Of a stretch of 64,000 nt of DNA, positions 38,301 through 50,400 are shown in pieces. How positions within the stretch are numbered: the stretch's first letter is position 1; every line of letters begins with the position of its first letter. Source of the DNA: Psammoneis japonica (taxonomy: Eukaryota); contig QPGO01000014.1 of assembly GCA_008632985.1 (NCBI GenBank), forward strand, positions 124,001 to 188,000, read 5' to 3'. The translations under genes and the position numbers were made by a program. The notes beneath the pieces were generated by a model. It was not told the origin of the DNA and searched no databases. It saw only the letters and a list, made by a program, of their open reading frames with translations.

Positions 38301-41300
38301 TGCAAACTGCTGAACAATGAATGTGATGACCATGGGTTCAGCAAATTTTGTTGTGAGTGACAGCAAGCCACAACTGAGTGATCTTTCAGAGTGCACAAAA
38401 TCTTTTGTGCTGGATTTGGAGATGTGGCTGAGCCACCCACCATCTCTTCTGGAGCTCACTTAAGAGCATCAGCTGTGACTTGGCAAGCTGGCTTCTCGCG
38501 GTGCTTCCTGCTGCACTTGATTCTTCTGCAATTTCTTGTGGCACTTGGAAATGTGTTTGATTGTTGGTTCTTTCAAAGTGCCTCTTCTTGAGCCAACACC
38601 AGCCAAACAAAGTGTCTTGTCCCCTCTGTTGCAGATCAGCCCATGCAGCCTGGGTTTAAATCCATTTCTCCTTGCAGTGATGGTCATTTGATCTCCACTC
38701 AGCTTGCTTCTCTGGAGAAAAGCTTTTGCATCAATTTCAGTTTTGTGTTGGTGGCAACCTTGAGCAACCACTCTCTTGCACTGCAAAACCATCATGCTGC
38801 TGCTGCTGATGCTGCAACTTTGCTGGTTGTGAGCCCAGTGCAGCAGGGTGTTTGTTCCACCACAGGAAGTGCGCCAATGACGGGTCTCTTGGTCCTTCCA
38901 TCTGCCACCAACAGCAACTTGGTTGTTGTTTTTGAGTGACCCCTCATTGTGTCTCCATCTTTGTGACATCTTCAATTGCAATGTGGCCCAAGCTCATGAC
39001 AGCTGCATTGAAGATTTTGAGGGAGCTGCACATGACATGACCACTTTGCCTTTTAAGATCCAAGGGACAATGCTCTGAAGTTCTCCAAGTTGATTGCCAA
39101 AACAAGCAACAAAGGTGGCTGCTTTGATGTGCAAACACAAAGCCTCCAGTCTGCACTGACAGCACTTCTTTGGTGCGAAGGCATTTCATGGAATGGCCTG
39201 CTCTAACCCCAATGTGTTTGGCATCTTTGAGCTGCATTGTGCCCAGTGCACTGTTCTGAGTTGTTCCAGGCTGCTGCTGCCAAGCTGGCTGCCCATGCAT
39301 CCAGCACATCTTGCCATCTCCCATTGCTGCACAGCCTGCCCCACACATGCACCCTCACATCTGTTGGGTCCTGCCTCCAAGTCATCTTCAGCACTGGTCA
39401 GAGCTTTGACAGCCATCTCTTTCATGAAGCTGACTTCAGTGGGTCAGTTGAAACTCCACCTGAGCTTCTTCAACTTGGCAGGATGGCCAACAGGGTTCTG
39501 CTTCTCCCACCAACAATGGCACTGGCACATTGTCCCAAGAGCTTCAAGCAATGGGTGGCACAGTGATGTCACAAAGCATGAAACCCTGGACATGCAACAG
39601 GTGATTTTGGAAAAATGGATCTGAAGGATTTTTTTGGGCCTGATGGATTGACAAAAAATGGTGTCCATGACCCAAATGTTTTAGAGTCTTTACTGCCACA
39701 CCATGATGAGTGTCACTGGCTTAAAGTGCTCCATGAGATTCTGTCAGCTAGCCCAGAACACAGCAAAACAGAACAGAGAAGCAAAGGCACCTCAATGCCC
39801 CAACACAACAATGACAATGACCACCCTCATTGGCATCAAATTTCTGCCTTGTGACAACAAAAACATTCTGGCTTCTTTTTTAGTCAGGTGCTGACTTCAG
39901 TGGCTTTCAATTGAAAAGTTTCTGCACCTTCCTCTCAGGCTGTTTTGACCACCTGCTCTAAAGTCATTCAACAAAAAGATGTTGCTGTCAAATTCACTTG
40001 ATTTAAATCAGCAGTCTGCACAGTTGTTTCTGCATCATGCAGATCCACTTCAGTTGCCTCATGCACCCACTTTTTGCAATGCAACAAAGACCTGCAAAAA
40101 TCCCATGAATGCAGCAGGTCCATGATTCTGGAAAGAAGCACACAAGACACCATCATTTGCCATTTTCTTTGCAACACATGTCACACCCACTTCATGTTGT
40201 TGATTGGCACCACTTTTGCAGTCTCAAAGCTGAAAGAAGTTGTCAAAAACAACCACACACCATCATTGGCCAGAGCTGGAATTGGCTGCCAAGGTGCTGG
40301 GTTGGCTTCAACCAGAACACTTGGTCATGGAGCCCTCACACCAAAGCCGGTCCATTGACACACACAGTTGATGCAATGAGCCCAAGCTTCCAGTGATTTC
40401 AAGACCCCCTTCAGTGTCTTCTGGTGTGCTGGGCAGTGGCACCACCAGCAGCAGGAGAGACAGTGTGTGCTGGCACAGCAGCTTCTGGCAGCCCAACAGC
40501 TGGCACCTTTTGCTGTGACAACAAACTGCACACTGCAGCTTGCAAGCAGCCACAACTGCCACTGAGGCCAATGGCCAGGGAAGGTCAGAGATTTTGGCCT
40601 TCTCTGGTCAAACCAAATTGGTCAATGGTGGGGAGGTCATGCAACCTCTTTTTGGGGCCACGTGCCTGCATCTCTTCTGCCAGAGGTGAGAAAGGTTTGC
40701 TCTGTGCATTGGGGTCCCTGTGTTTTGTTGAGAGTGCATTGTTGGAGCAGAGCAACAGCCCACTGTCACTTGGCACTGGCTCAGGTCTTGACAACATGTG
40801 TGAAAAATGTGTGGCATGCTTGGGGGGCTGCGCTGCCTTGCCCTGTTTTGCCAGAAATGGAGGTCCCACGTGGCAGACGAGCCTTGGAACTTGGAGCAAC
40901 AGGGCAAGTTGCTCAATGATGCCAAAGAGTGGTGCCAAGTCTAACAAGGGCATTTAAAAGCTTGCATGAGCCAAGAAAGCCCCCAAAACCCAAAAAGTCA
41001 AGGCCACCATTGCAGGCTCCTGTGGAAGGAAAATTGTGTTGAGAGTCAAAAGCAGGAGAAGAGGAGGAGGCTCAGGATGCATTTGCCCATGCTTTTTGTG
41101 GTGCAGAGGACAGAATGACCAATGAGGTGTGAAAGAGAGTTGGAGCCATCCCAGCAGAAGTCAGACAAGGGATGGTGGCTGAGCGAGTGCAGCAGCAGCA
41201 GCAAAAGGAGCGGCAGCGCTCTTCAGCGTGATGGAGCGGGTGCCAACAAAGCTTTTCTTTGTGACCATCAGCTGAGTGAAAACAAGATCAGATTTTTGAA

Positions 41301-41650
41301 CAGAGCTGGGTACAAGTTGTGGCAACAGCTCCATTTCAGGGCAGGTGTTGTGCAGCAAAAAAGCTGGTCGCACGACTGCCCTCCTCAGATTTTTGCTGGG
41401 GGTGGCAGAGGAGAGGGTTGGCGAGGAGGTGCAGAACAAATCAACGCAACCTGGTCTGTGCCCCATTGTTGGATGTTTTTCATTTTGCACTAGCCCTGAT
41501 CAAGTGCAGAAACCAGTGCTGCAATGAGCACATCCACAACTTGTGCACGATGCAACAGTGCATGGTGGATGAGAGCACGCGGCCATGGCCAATGGGCTGA
41601 GTGCGCGCTGCTGCACGCAAAGACAGAGACCAAATGTGTTGCATTCAATG
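35360..41650. mobile_element. Degenerate repeat island made of two diverged ~3 kb related units, TpA- and CpG-depleted
   Basis: Matching blocks 35360-35580 vs 38180-38410, 36120-36170 vs 38440-38485 and 37350-37395 vs 38712-38762. Family not identifiable. Confidence 0.65.
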
Positions 41651-41940
41651 AGTGCACTGTTTCCATTATTTTTAAGTTTAGTGGTGGGGTTGTAGTCTAA
41701 GAACAGCAACCGAAACTTTCGATTTGTTCTCCACTCTTTTGCACCGCGACACTGCTGCTGTTGCTTGAGGGGAATTTCATTTATAGTTTTTGGGCGTTGT
41801 GCTTTCTGTGGACTAATACAAAATTTATTCTTTATATACATTAATGAAGCAATGGGGCCTTGCTCAATTCTCAACGGTCCGCGAAAGAAATTTGAAATCG
41901 GGCCTCACAAAATCGAGGGATTGCGGTACACGGTACCACC

Positions 41941-42290
41941 GGTACTTCAATGCAGAGCCCTTGCGTTGAGACACTCCAAAGGCTATCTTTTGAGACGAAA
42001 AAAAAACAGAAGATTCACAAAGATTCTAAATGTTTTGAAACGTTCGGCGTAACAAGGTTGAGGGAGATCAGCGGTGTTCGGCATTCGGCACAGGTACTTC
42101 AATGCTGAACCCTGACGTTGAGATACTCCGAAGGCTCTCTTTCGAGAGAAAAGATTCACAAAGATTCTAAAATGTTTAGTCCTGTCAGTGAGGATCATGT
42201 GGAACTTTTGCTCGGCAAGACTTGAGCATTGTTACCCTTCACATCAGGAGACTTTGTTTCACTATGTAGCTGAGATTCGACTGAGATTCC
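41941..42290. promoter_or_regulatory. Duplicated promoter block with clustered GAATCT (PSR-type) motifs upstream of the phosphatase
   Basis: A ~90 bp direct repeat at 41941 and 42093. Minus-strand YGAATCTH matches at 42010, 42151 and 42272, plus three near-matches. Confidence 0.6.
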
Positions 42291-42424
42291 AGAAATTTTC
42301 ATTGTGGTTGAAAAATTGACAATGAGTTGGATCTTGTTGCTGCCGATGAAGGTTTCAACAAGACTCGTTCTTGGTTTCAAACCTTGATTAATCTTCTCAT
42401 TATTCTGCAAAAAGCGATTTTATC

Positions 42425-44878
42425 ATGAAGCTTTCTGCCTTTTCACTTGCAGCTTGCTTGCTACTTCCCATGGGAGCAGCCGGTCACAATGTCGTTGCCA
42501 ATGCCCTTGATGCCGGTGGAGACCATCACACTCGGGGCAGACGTGTTCTGAAAGGAAAGGGGAAAGACGACAGCACCAAGGAGTCAAAGTCAAAAACAAA
42601 GTCTGATAAGTCCTCCAAGTCGTCGAAGTCCAAGTCGCCGAAGTCCTCTAAGTCATCCGAGTCATCGAAATCCAAGAAAGCTGGCAAGAAAGGCGGCTAT
42701 TTCAACCGCGTCGCCTCGTTCCCCGTCTGTGCCCAAGTCGGTAGCTCTTGTGAGTCTGACGATGAGACAGCCTCGGAAATCGTCACTGTCACTAAGGACG
42801 AGAAGACTATCATCTACTCCAACGAACCGCAAGGACACATTGGTTTTGTTGACATCACTGATCCAAGTCATCCAATGGGTATGGGAACTGTTGGAATCAA
42901 TGGAGATGTCACTTCCGTGGCTGTTATTGGACCGTATGCTCTGGCGGCTTCCAGCACCGGTGCCGACTTTGTGAATACTGCTGGCGAGCTCAATGTGATT
43001 GACATCGAGACAATGACGTCGGTACACATCCTTTCTCTTGGAGGCCAGCCCGACGCAGTGGCCGTCAGCCCTGATGGACGCTATGCTGGGATTGCGATTG
43101 AGAACGAACGTGATGAGGATTTCCCGACAGAAGGAGAAGGGAGAATCCCACAGTTGCCAGCAGGGTTCTTTGTTATCGTTGATATGGAAAATACGGACCC
43201 AACTCAATGGACAATGCAAAGCGTTGCCCTCACGGGCCTTACAGGCGTCCTGGAGCCTTCTGACCCTGAGCCAGAGTTTGTGTCAATCAATTCTCAAAAC
43301 GTTGCCGCCATTACTCTCCAGGAAAACAATGCCATCGTTCTTGTTGACATGGAAACCGCGCAAGTCATTTCAAGCTTTTCTGCTGGTAAAGTCGATCTGA
43401 CCCAGATTGACACCATTGAAGAGTCAGATCTCGGTCCTGGAGCTCTTATTGCCCCGGTCAGCTCTCTCTCCCAAGTTCCGCGTGAACCTGATGGCGTTAT
43501 ATGGATTAGCGACGATCTGTTTGCCACGGCGGATGAAGGTGATATGGATGGTGGATCGCGAGGTTTTACTATATTTAACAAAATGGGAGACATCGTCTAT
43601 ACGTCTGGAAATGACTTGGAACATCTTGTCACCAGCATTGGTCATTATCCTGATAACCGTTCAGAGAACAAGGGCAGCGAATCCGAAAGTGTGTATTTTG
43701 GAATTTACGGCAAAGACCATCTCTTGTTTGTCAATGTGGAGAGATCCAATGTCGTCGTTGTCTATGACGTCTCTGATCCTACACACCCCGAGTTTATCCA
43801 GGTTCTTCCTGCTGGTGTAGGACCAGAAGGTTTAGTGACTTTGACCAAGCGCAACCTTGCGGTTGTCGCCTGCGAAGAGGACGCTCGCGAGGACAAGATT
43901 CGATCTGTTCTTACCATTTACGAGCGCGGCTTCAAAGAACCCCAGTACCCCACGATTGCTTCCACTTTCCGTTCAGACAAAACGCCAATTCCGTTTGGCG
44001 CTCTCTCTGGACTTGGTCCAGATCCTCACGACGACTGTATCCTCTACTCAATTGAGGACAGCTTTTACCAACAGAGCCGCATCTTTCAACTCGATGTATG
44101 CTCGTATCCGGCTGCGCTCGAGGCGGAGCTTCGTATCGTCGATTCAAACGGCGTATTTGCGGCAGTCGACACATTTGGTCTCATCAATCCCGATAACACC
44201 GTGAATATTGACCCCGAAGGCATTGCAGCCATTTACGACGACGAAGGCTTGCACTTCTTTGTTGCTTCTGAAGGTGCTGGTGGAAATGACCCTACCCGGC
44301 CGGTAGCCAAGTTGAATCAGATTTTTAAGGTCGACTACACAGGTGTTATTGAGGAAGTAATTGGACTTCCAGCTGATGTCAATGCTAAACAGATACGCTT
44401 CGGTTTTGAGGGTCTCGCATATTACAAAGGCCGCTTGTATGTCGCCTTCCAGCGTGCATGGTTTGGAGAAGCAAATCCAAGAATCGGCATTTACGATTTA
44501 GAGTCGCAGACTTGGGAGTTTGTCTTTTACGAGCTTGACGTACCCGAATCCCCAAACGGCGGATGGGTTGGCTTGTCCGACATAACATCCCTCGGAGACT
44601 ACAGGTTCCTAGTCCTAGAACGGGACAATCAAGGTGGACCAGACGCGAGAATCAAAAAGGTCTACAAGATTGACCTCTCCGGTCTTTCGGATGGAGACCT
44701 TGTCCCCGAAAAGATCCTGTATCGTGATGTGATCCCTGACATTGAGGATCTAGGTGCTCCAATTTTTGAAAAGTTGGAAGGTCTCGCTTGTAACGACTAC
44801 GGAGTTTGGGTTGTAAACGACAATGATGGCGTGGATGACAATAGCGGAGATATCCAGCTCCTGTATTATGATCACTAG
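42425..44878 (+). CDS. Secreted alkaline phosphatase-like / phytase-like esterase (beta-propeller)
   Basis: Signal peptide and K/S linker. Motifs GQPDAVAVSPDG..IAIENERDE, DPEPEFVSIN, TADEGD..GGSRGF, GPEG, RFGFEGL, LERDNQGG and EKLEG..NDNDG. Intronless. Confidence 0.85.
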   Translation: MKLSAFSLAACLLLPMGAAGHNVVANALDAGGDHHTRGRRVLKGKGKDDSTKESKSKTKSDKSSKSSKSKSPKSSKSSESSKSKKAGKKGGYFNRVASFPVCAQVGSSCESDDETASEIVTVTKDEKTIIYSNEPQGHIGFVDITDPSHPMGMGTVGINGDVTSVAVIGPYALAASSTGADFVNTAGELNVIDIETMTSVHILSLGGQPDAVAVSPDGRYAGIAIENERDEDFPTEGEGRIPQLPAGFFVIVDMENTDPTQWTMQSVALTGLTGVLEPSDPEPEFVSINSQNVAAITLQENNAIVLVDMETAQVISSFSAGKVDLTQIDTIEESDLGPGALIAPVSSLSQVPREPDGVIWISDDLFATADEGDMDGGSRGFTIFNKMGDIVYTSGNDLEHLVTSIGHYPDNRSENKGSESESVYFGIYGKDHLLFVNVERSNVVVVYDVSDPTHPEFIQVLPAGVGPEGLVTLTKRNLAVVACEEDAREDKIRSVLTIYERGFKEPQYPTIASTFRSDKTPIPFGALSGLGPDPHDDCILYSIEDSFYQQSRIFQLDVCSYPAALEAELRIVDSNGVFAAVDTFGLINPDNTVNIDPEGIAAIYDDEGLHFFVASEGAGGNDPTRPVAKLNQIFKVDYTGVIEEVIGLPADVNAKQIRFGFEGLAYYKGRLYVAFQRAWFGEANPRIGIYDLESQTWEFVFYELDVPESPNGGWVGLSDITSLGDYRFLVLERDNQGGPDARIKKVYKIDLSGLSDGDLVPEKILYRDVIPDIEDLGAPIFEKLEGLACNDYGVWVVNDNDGVDDNSGDIQLLYYDH

Positions 44879-45399
44879 CTCCCTTGATAAAGGTTTCGTC
44901 GATGCCTGGTCGTGGGAGGTGGATTTGCGACCTGTTTGGCTCGACACGTGGGGAAAAAAAAACAGTTAGAAGTTAGTTACTTCACGCCACTATCTTCTTC
45001 GATCCAGTTCGCACTTTCTTTTGCTGCTCCGCTCGGAGAATGATTACTGCCAGTCTCGCTTTCGCGCCTACAACCCGTCACACGAAGCTCTTTCTCGGTC
45101 TCTTTTCACATTACTTTTTGCCTTGTTTACAACGATTGGAATGAATAGACGTGTCATACAATGCGGCGAACATGGCGTGAAGCTCACCTCAAAAAGTTAA
45201 ATGGATATGCTGGCTTGTCGAAAGCCACTTTTCCCGATAATCACATTGACAAGAGTTGCTTTTCCTTGCGCGGTGCATTGAGCCGCGTCATTTGTTACCT
45301 TTTGTGTGACAAGATGTCCTTGTCATCCCAAAGCTTGAGCAGCTTTCTGACAGTCAACAGTCCAAGTGTTCCAAGCTACACACTGCTGCATAGGCTGGC

Positions 45400-48300
45400 C
45401 ATGTTTGCCCAGGTCAGTCTGTCACTGATGTGGCATGGACCACTTTGAAACCTGTTCCAAGGGGGTTGCACCTGTGATTCCCATGGTGTGAACCCTCCTC
45501 CCACAGTGCATTGGTTGCTGCATCTGTGTTGATCATGCCTCTGGTTTCATTCGTGTTGAGCATCATCAAGTTACTTTCTTTGCTGTTGAGATGATGTGAG
45601 ACAAGAAGCATTCAAGAAGATGGCAAGTGGTCACAGTGTAATCTCATGTGGGAGCAACATGACAGTGGGTGCTCAAGGCCAACCAGTTTGAATCAAATGT
45701 GCCAGAAATGCTCAGCAGCTCATCCACCATTGCAGGGTCAACTGCCACAATCAGAGTTGTTTCTCTGAGTGCTCCATTCAGTGCAAATCTGAGCTGTGGT
45801 CCTTCACAAATCTGTTCACACCAGACTTCATCCTGCCAACATCTTTGCCAGATTTGTCATCCCATGTTGTTGTTTTTGCATGACTGCCATGCTTGGGGTG
45901 CCCTGTTCCCACATCTTGGAGCCCCAAGCTGCAGCAAAATCACAAGCCCCCTCTTTCATCAACAGCCATGGCCAAGATGCAGAGCATTTTGGGGCTTCAC
46001 CTCAGTCTGTTTCAGCAAGGTCCCACTGGCTCTGAATGAAAATGTCAGCTTTGTGCTGCACCTGATGATCTGTTCTCAATGTGAGCACATCAACCACAGG
46101 GGGATGCCCCACCTGTTTTGCACTGGGAAGACCTCTGTTTAGAGAGCTTCACCCAAGCACCATCAGACTTGTCCAATGGCTCCTTGTTCCTTCAAGATGA
46201 TTGGCTTGCTCCTGCAATTTTGAGCAGGAATTGCAGCATGAAGAGCGAGAGCACAACACCAGAAACTTGCCTCAGCAGCATGATGTGCCCAAGTCCTCCA
46301 GAGTTCCAGCACTGGCAGGAGCAGCAGAACCAAGGCCATTGGCCCCACCTCAGGAGCTGCCATTGCAGCCACCTCAAACACCCAGTCCACCAACAAGTCA
46401 GCAGCTGGCCCACCACTGTCTCTGCAACACATCTGCCCCACCTCCACAGGGCAGAGAAAACTGTCAAGACATTCCAGTCACATGCCTGACTGCTCCAGTC
46501 TCCACCGGTCAAACCCACAATGTGGGCTCACAAAGAAAGGGTGGGGGTGCATGCACATCAACTTATTTTGATGGCAAAGCTTGTCTGTCCTGAGCTGGGC
46601 CATCCAAAGTTGGAGCACAAAATGACCAAAACTTGCCTGCCTTGCTGAAATCCAGACCTGCCATGATGGCAGCATTTTGGACATTCAAAGCCCCAGGGTC
46701 TGTGCCACCAAGACAAAGAAAGATGGTGATGATGTGCCAAATGTGCAAGGAGTTTTCACAAGTGAGTTTGCAGAGCAGCATGCCGGGGCAATGAAGGCTG
46801 ATGTTGCCACATGTGTCCACTGTAAAACACAAAAAATGTCAAGCACGAGGTGTCCATGACTGCCGCGCTGAAGTCCACGATGGCTTTCAAGTTGAAGCAC
46901 CCACCTGGCAGGACTCTGCTGAAACTCAAGGCATGATTTTGTTGTCCAGGCAGGCTCAGCAGTTGCCAGCTGTTTGTCTGTTGTTGTGTGTTTTGCTGCA
47001 AGAAGGTTGTTGGACAACACATCAGGTTGACTGTGCAGGTGTGTGCTGCCCCCCCCCCCCCCTCCCACACACACACACTCACACACACAAGTGTTTTGGC
47101 CGGCCCCAGGAGCTCCAGCTGCAATGTTGTGCTGACAGGGGAGGCAGCTTTGCTTGCAAGAGCTGCAACCAAGGGCTTTTTTCATGTGGCCAAAGAACCA
47201 CACTGTTGCTGAGCATGGCGCTGGCAACACAAGCTCAAGAAGCTGACATTGTGCCCAGCACTCATCCAGTTCATCAGAGGTGGGGTGTTTGCAGTTTTTG
47301 TGTTGGTCCATTGGGTTTTGGCTCCTTGGGTGCAGGTTGACTCTCATTTGCTGCAACAAACCTGCATTTTTCTCACACAACCCCGCCTGACTCCTGCAGT
47401 CCCCACATGATTTGTGCAGAGTGGGGAAATTTAATTGGTGCCTCCTTGATTTAATTTGTCTGATTTTGCAAGAAACAGATGCATTCTTCCAAATTCTCCC
47501 AGTGGTCATCCTTCCCACGTGTTCTCTACACAGACATGCTGTGCAAATCACAAGCTCTTTTTTTGGTGATGCTGTTTCTTTTTTTTGCACAAATTGCCAC
47601 CTCTTTTTTTGTGCTGTTTTCCAACCACAACAAAAATTTTAACCTGCACCTCCAGTTGTGCCAATGTCCCATTCAGCCTGCAAAGTTTGTTCACTTCAAA
47701 ATTTTTGTTTTGTTCAGCTGGATCTGTGCAACAAAATTTCGCTCACAATTTCTTGCTTTTTGGCTCAGTTGCAGTTTCATTTTGCAACCGGAACAACACA
47801 TCTCCACACAGCTGCTGTGTCATGGGTCACTGTTCATCCCCTCCTGGCAATTTTAAGGTGTGCAGGGGATGCCGCCACTCTCATCCATCAAAACAGCTGT
47901 GGCAGAAAGCAGCAAAGAGGGTGCAGAAGGGAAGTTGCCATGTTGAGAACCATCTTCATCTTTTCACAGTTCTTCAGTGCTGCTTCAAGGGGTTGGTGCT
48001 GGAGACATCCAGTGTGCTGCCAGGGTCAATCTCATGCCCCCCATGCTTGCAAGGGGTGCAGCCGGTTGTTCTGTGCTTTTTGCTGGCTTTTCTGACATTG
48101 CTGCCAGGGTTCATCCCATTGCCCCCCTTTTCTGTGGGTGGTGCAGTGATGTCAGTGAACGTGCCCTTCAATGACTTTGTCAGGGTGCACCCCACACTCC
48201 CTCCTCACTTTGGGGACACAGCTGCTGGATCCTGCTTTTTAGGCTTGAAAGCCAGAGAGTGTGCAGCCAGGGTTCATCCCATGACTCCCACCTTTTTGGG

Positions 48301-50400
48301 GGGTGCAGCCATTGTGGGATCCCCCATTGTTTTTGTGTGGATGATTGTCATGATGCATTGTCCCATGGTTTTGGAGATGGTGTTGACATCAGTGGCATTT
48401 TTCTACAGACCACTTCACAGGCTTTGCCGTGGTTCATCCCACATCTGTCATGATGCATTGTTCCATGGTTTTGGAGATGGTGTTGACATCAGCAGCCTTT
48501 TTTTCTGCAGACCACTTTGCAGGCTTTGCCATGGTTCATCCCACATCTGTCATGATGCATTGTTCCATGGTTTCGGAGACAGTGTTGACATCAGCAGCCT
48601 TTTTTTCTGCAGACCACTTCACAGGCTTTGTCATGGTTCATCCCATGTCCCCCCTTCTTCTTGGAGATTGATCCACTCTGTTCACTGCATCTTTCCCCTG
48701 CAATCCCGCTGCATCTTTGCCTCCCACTTGCTTCAGCCTCTGAAGGAGCATTGTCTGTGCCCCAGATCCCTCACATGTCTGTCACTGTCCAAGCAGCACC
48801 TCCTCAAGCACCCACTCTCTCCTTCTCTCATTCCGGTGATTCATTGATTGGTTTGTCTGCAATGGATCCTGTCTTGAACAGCCCAGTTGTGTGCAGCCCC
48901 AAATTTCCCAATTGTGCCACCTGATCTCTTGTTGTGATTCCTCCAAAGCCACCAACCATCCCCTGGTCAGTGCCCACCCATGGAGAGAACTCAAGAACAT
49001 GGGGGTGGTGCATGAAGACCCCAAAAAATTGTGCTGGAAGAACATTTCCTCACTTTGCAAGCTGGGGTGCTGGGCTGGCCACAAGTGCTGCGTGCACATT
49101 GCTTGCATTCAATTCATGCTGCCTGATCTTGGCTGGGGTCAGGCATCCATTTGTGTTGATGGGAAGCACTGTCATCACATGATGGCACATTTGGACATTT
49201 GCAGGGCTGCTGTTGACTTTTGTCACAAAGCCAACATCTTGTTTGACATGTGTCTTCCAAACAAGAATCGCTGCAATGACAGCAGTGCCACAATTTGAAT
49301 CCCTGCCACCTCAGGGGTTTTTGCCTCAGTCACTTGGTGGGTTTGGCCATTGTGAAAATCAATGCCAAGCTTTGACATGAGAACAGGACCCCCCCCTGTG
49401 CTGCACTCAGCACTGCTTGTTTGTCCTCCTGACCTGTGAGGAATGACACAATGAGTGTTTCCACATGTGCGATGTCATTCTGCACAGCCAAGAATCTGAC
49501 AATGCAGGCTGCTCTCATGGAGCCAGGATGGGAGAGTGCTACACTGTGATTTTGGAAATGGCACCCATTGTCCCAAACTTCAAGAACTTGGGTGCAAACC
49601 ATCCAATGGGATTCCTGGCAACAACTGGGTGCTTGCCTTTCTGCTTCATGCATCTCACAGATGTCACAAAGAACAGAAAGGCAATGAAAGCTTGGACACT
49701 TCCCATGCTTCAAGAAAATCCATTGAATGCAGAGACAATTGGTGAAACAGTGGAGAACACAATGAAAAACATTTGTGCTGCCTTTGCTGACCAATCAGGA
49801 GAAATTGTCAGTTGCCGTGGTGATGAAAACTGAGTCTGCAAGGGCTGTCACACAGTGTGCACTGGGGACTCAGATGATCACTTCTTTGACATGGCTCATC
49901 TTGGTCAAAACCTGTTTGTTGCTAAAGAAGCCTTTGTTGAAGTCATTTCTGCCAACAAGAAAAACATTGGACAAGTTGTCAGGGTGAAAGGTGGCCTTCA
50001 TCAGACTGTGCCATTTGGTGGAGAACACATTTCCATTGTTGATTTCAAAAAGGCCTGTTCCTGCCTCTGGATGACAGAGAGATGGTCACGTTGGAAAATT
50101 CAACAATGAAATCTGTGAAAAACTTGATGATCCCAGGAGGAATGGTGCACCAGTTTGTCTGCATGCAGTGCCGGCTGTTGGCAGTCCAAACAGGTGGCTG
50201 CAGTGTTGCTTTTTGTTGGACAGAAAACAAACTTCTCTGCTCTCATTGGTTGGACCACCATTCTGTTTTTTAACAACCACTCAAGTGCACCCTTTGTTCC
50301 CTGCTTGCACTGCTGAGCTGGGATCTGCTCTGCTGGCACATGCACATCTGTGAACAGCTCCATCTAATCCATGTGTTTGTGCACGTCATGCACTCAGCAC
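45400..50400. mobile_element. Highly degenerate repeat-derived sequence, TpA- and CpG-depleted
   Basis: Same composition as the other islands, with broken protein-like frames. Family not identified. Confidence 0.55.
48346..48645. repeat. Tandem repeat of ~101 bp, 3 copies
   Basis: TGTCATGATGCATTGTTCCATGGTTTTGGAGATGGTGTTGACATCAG... starting at 48346, 48446 and 48548. Confidence 0.9.
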
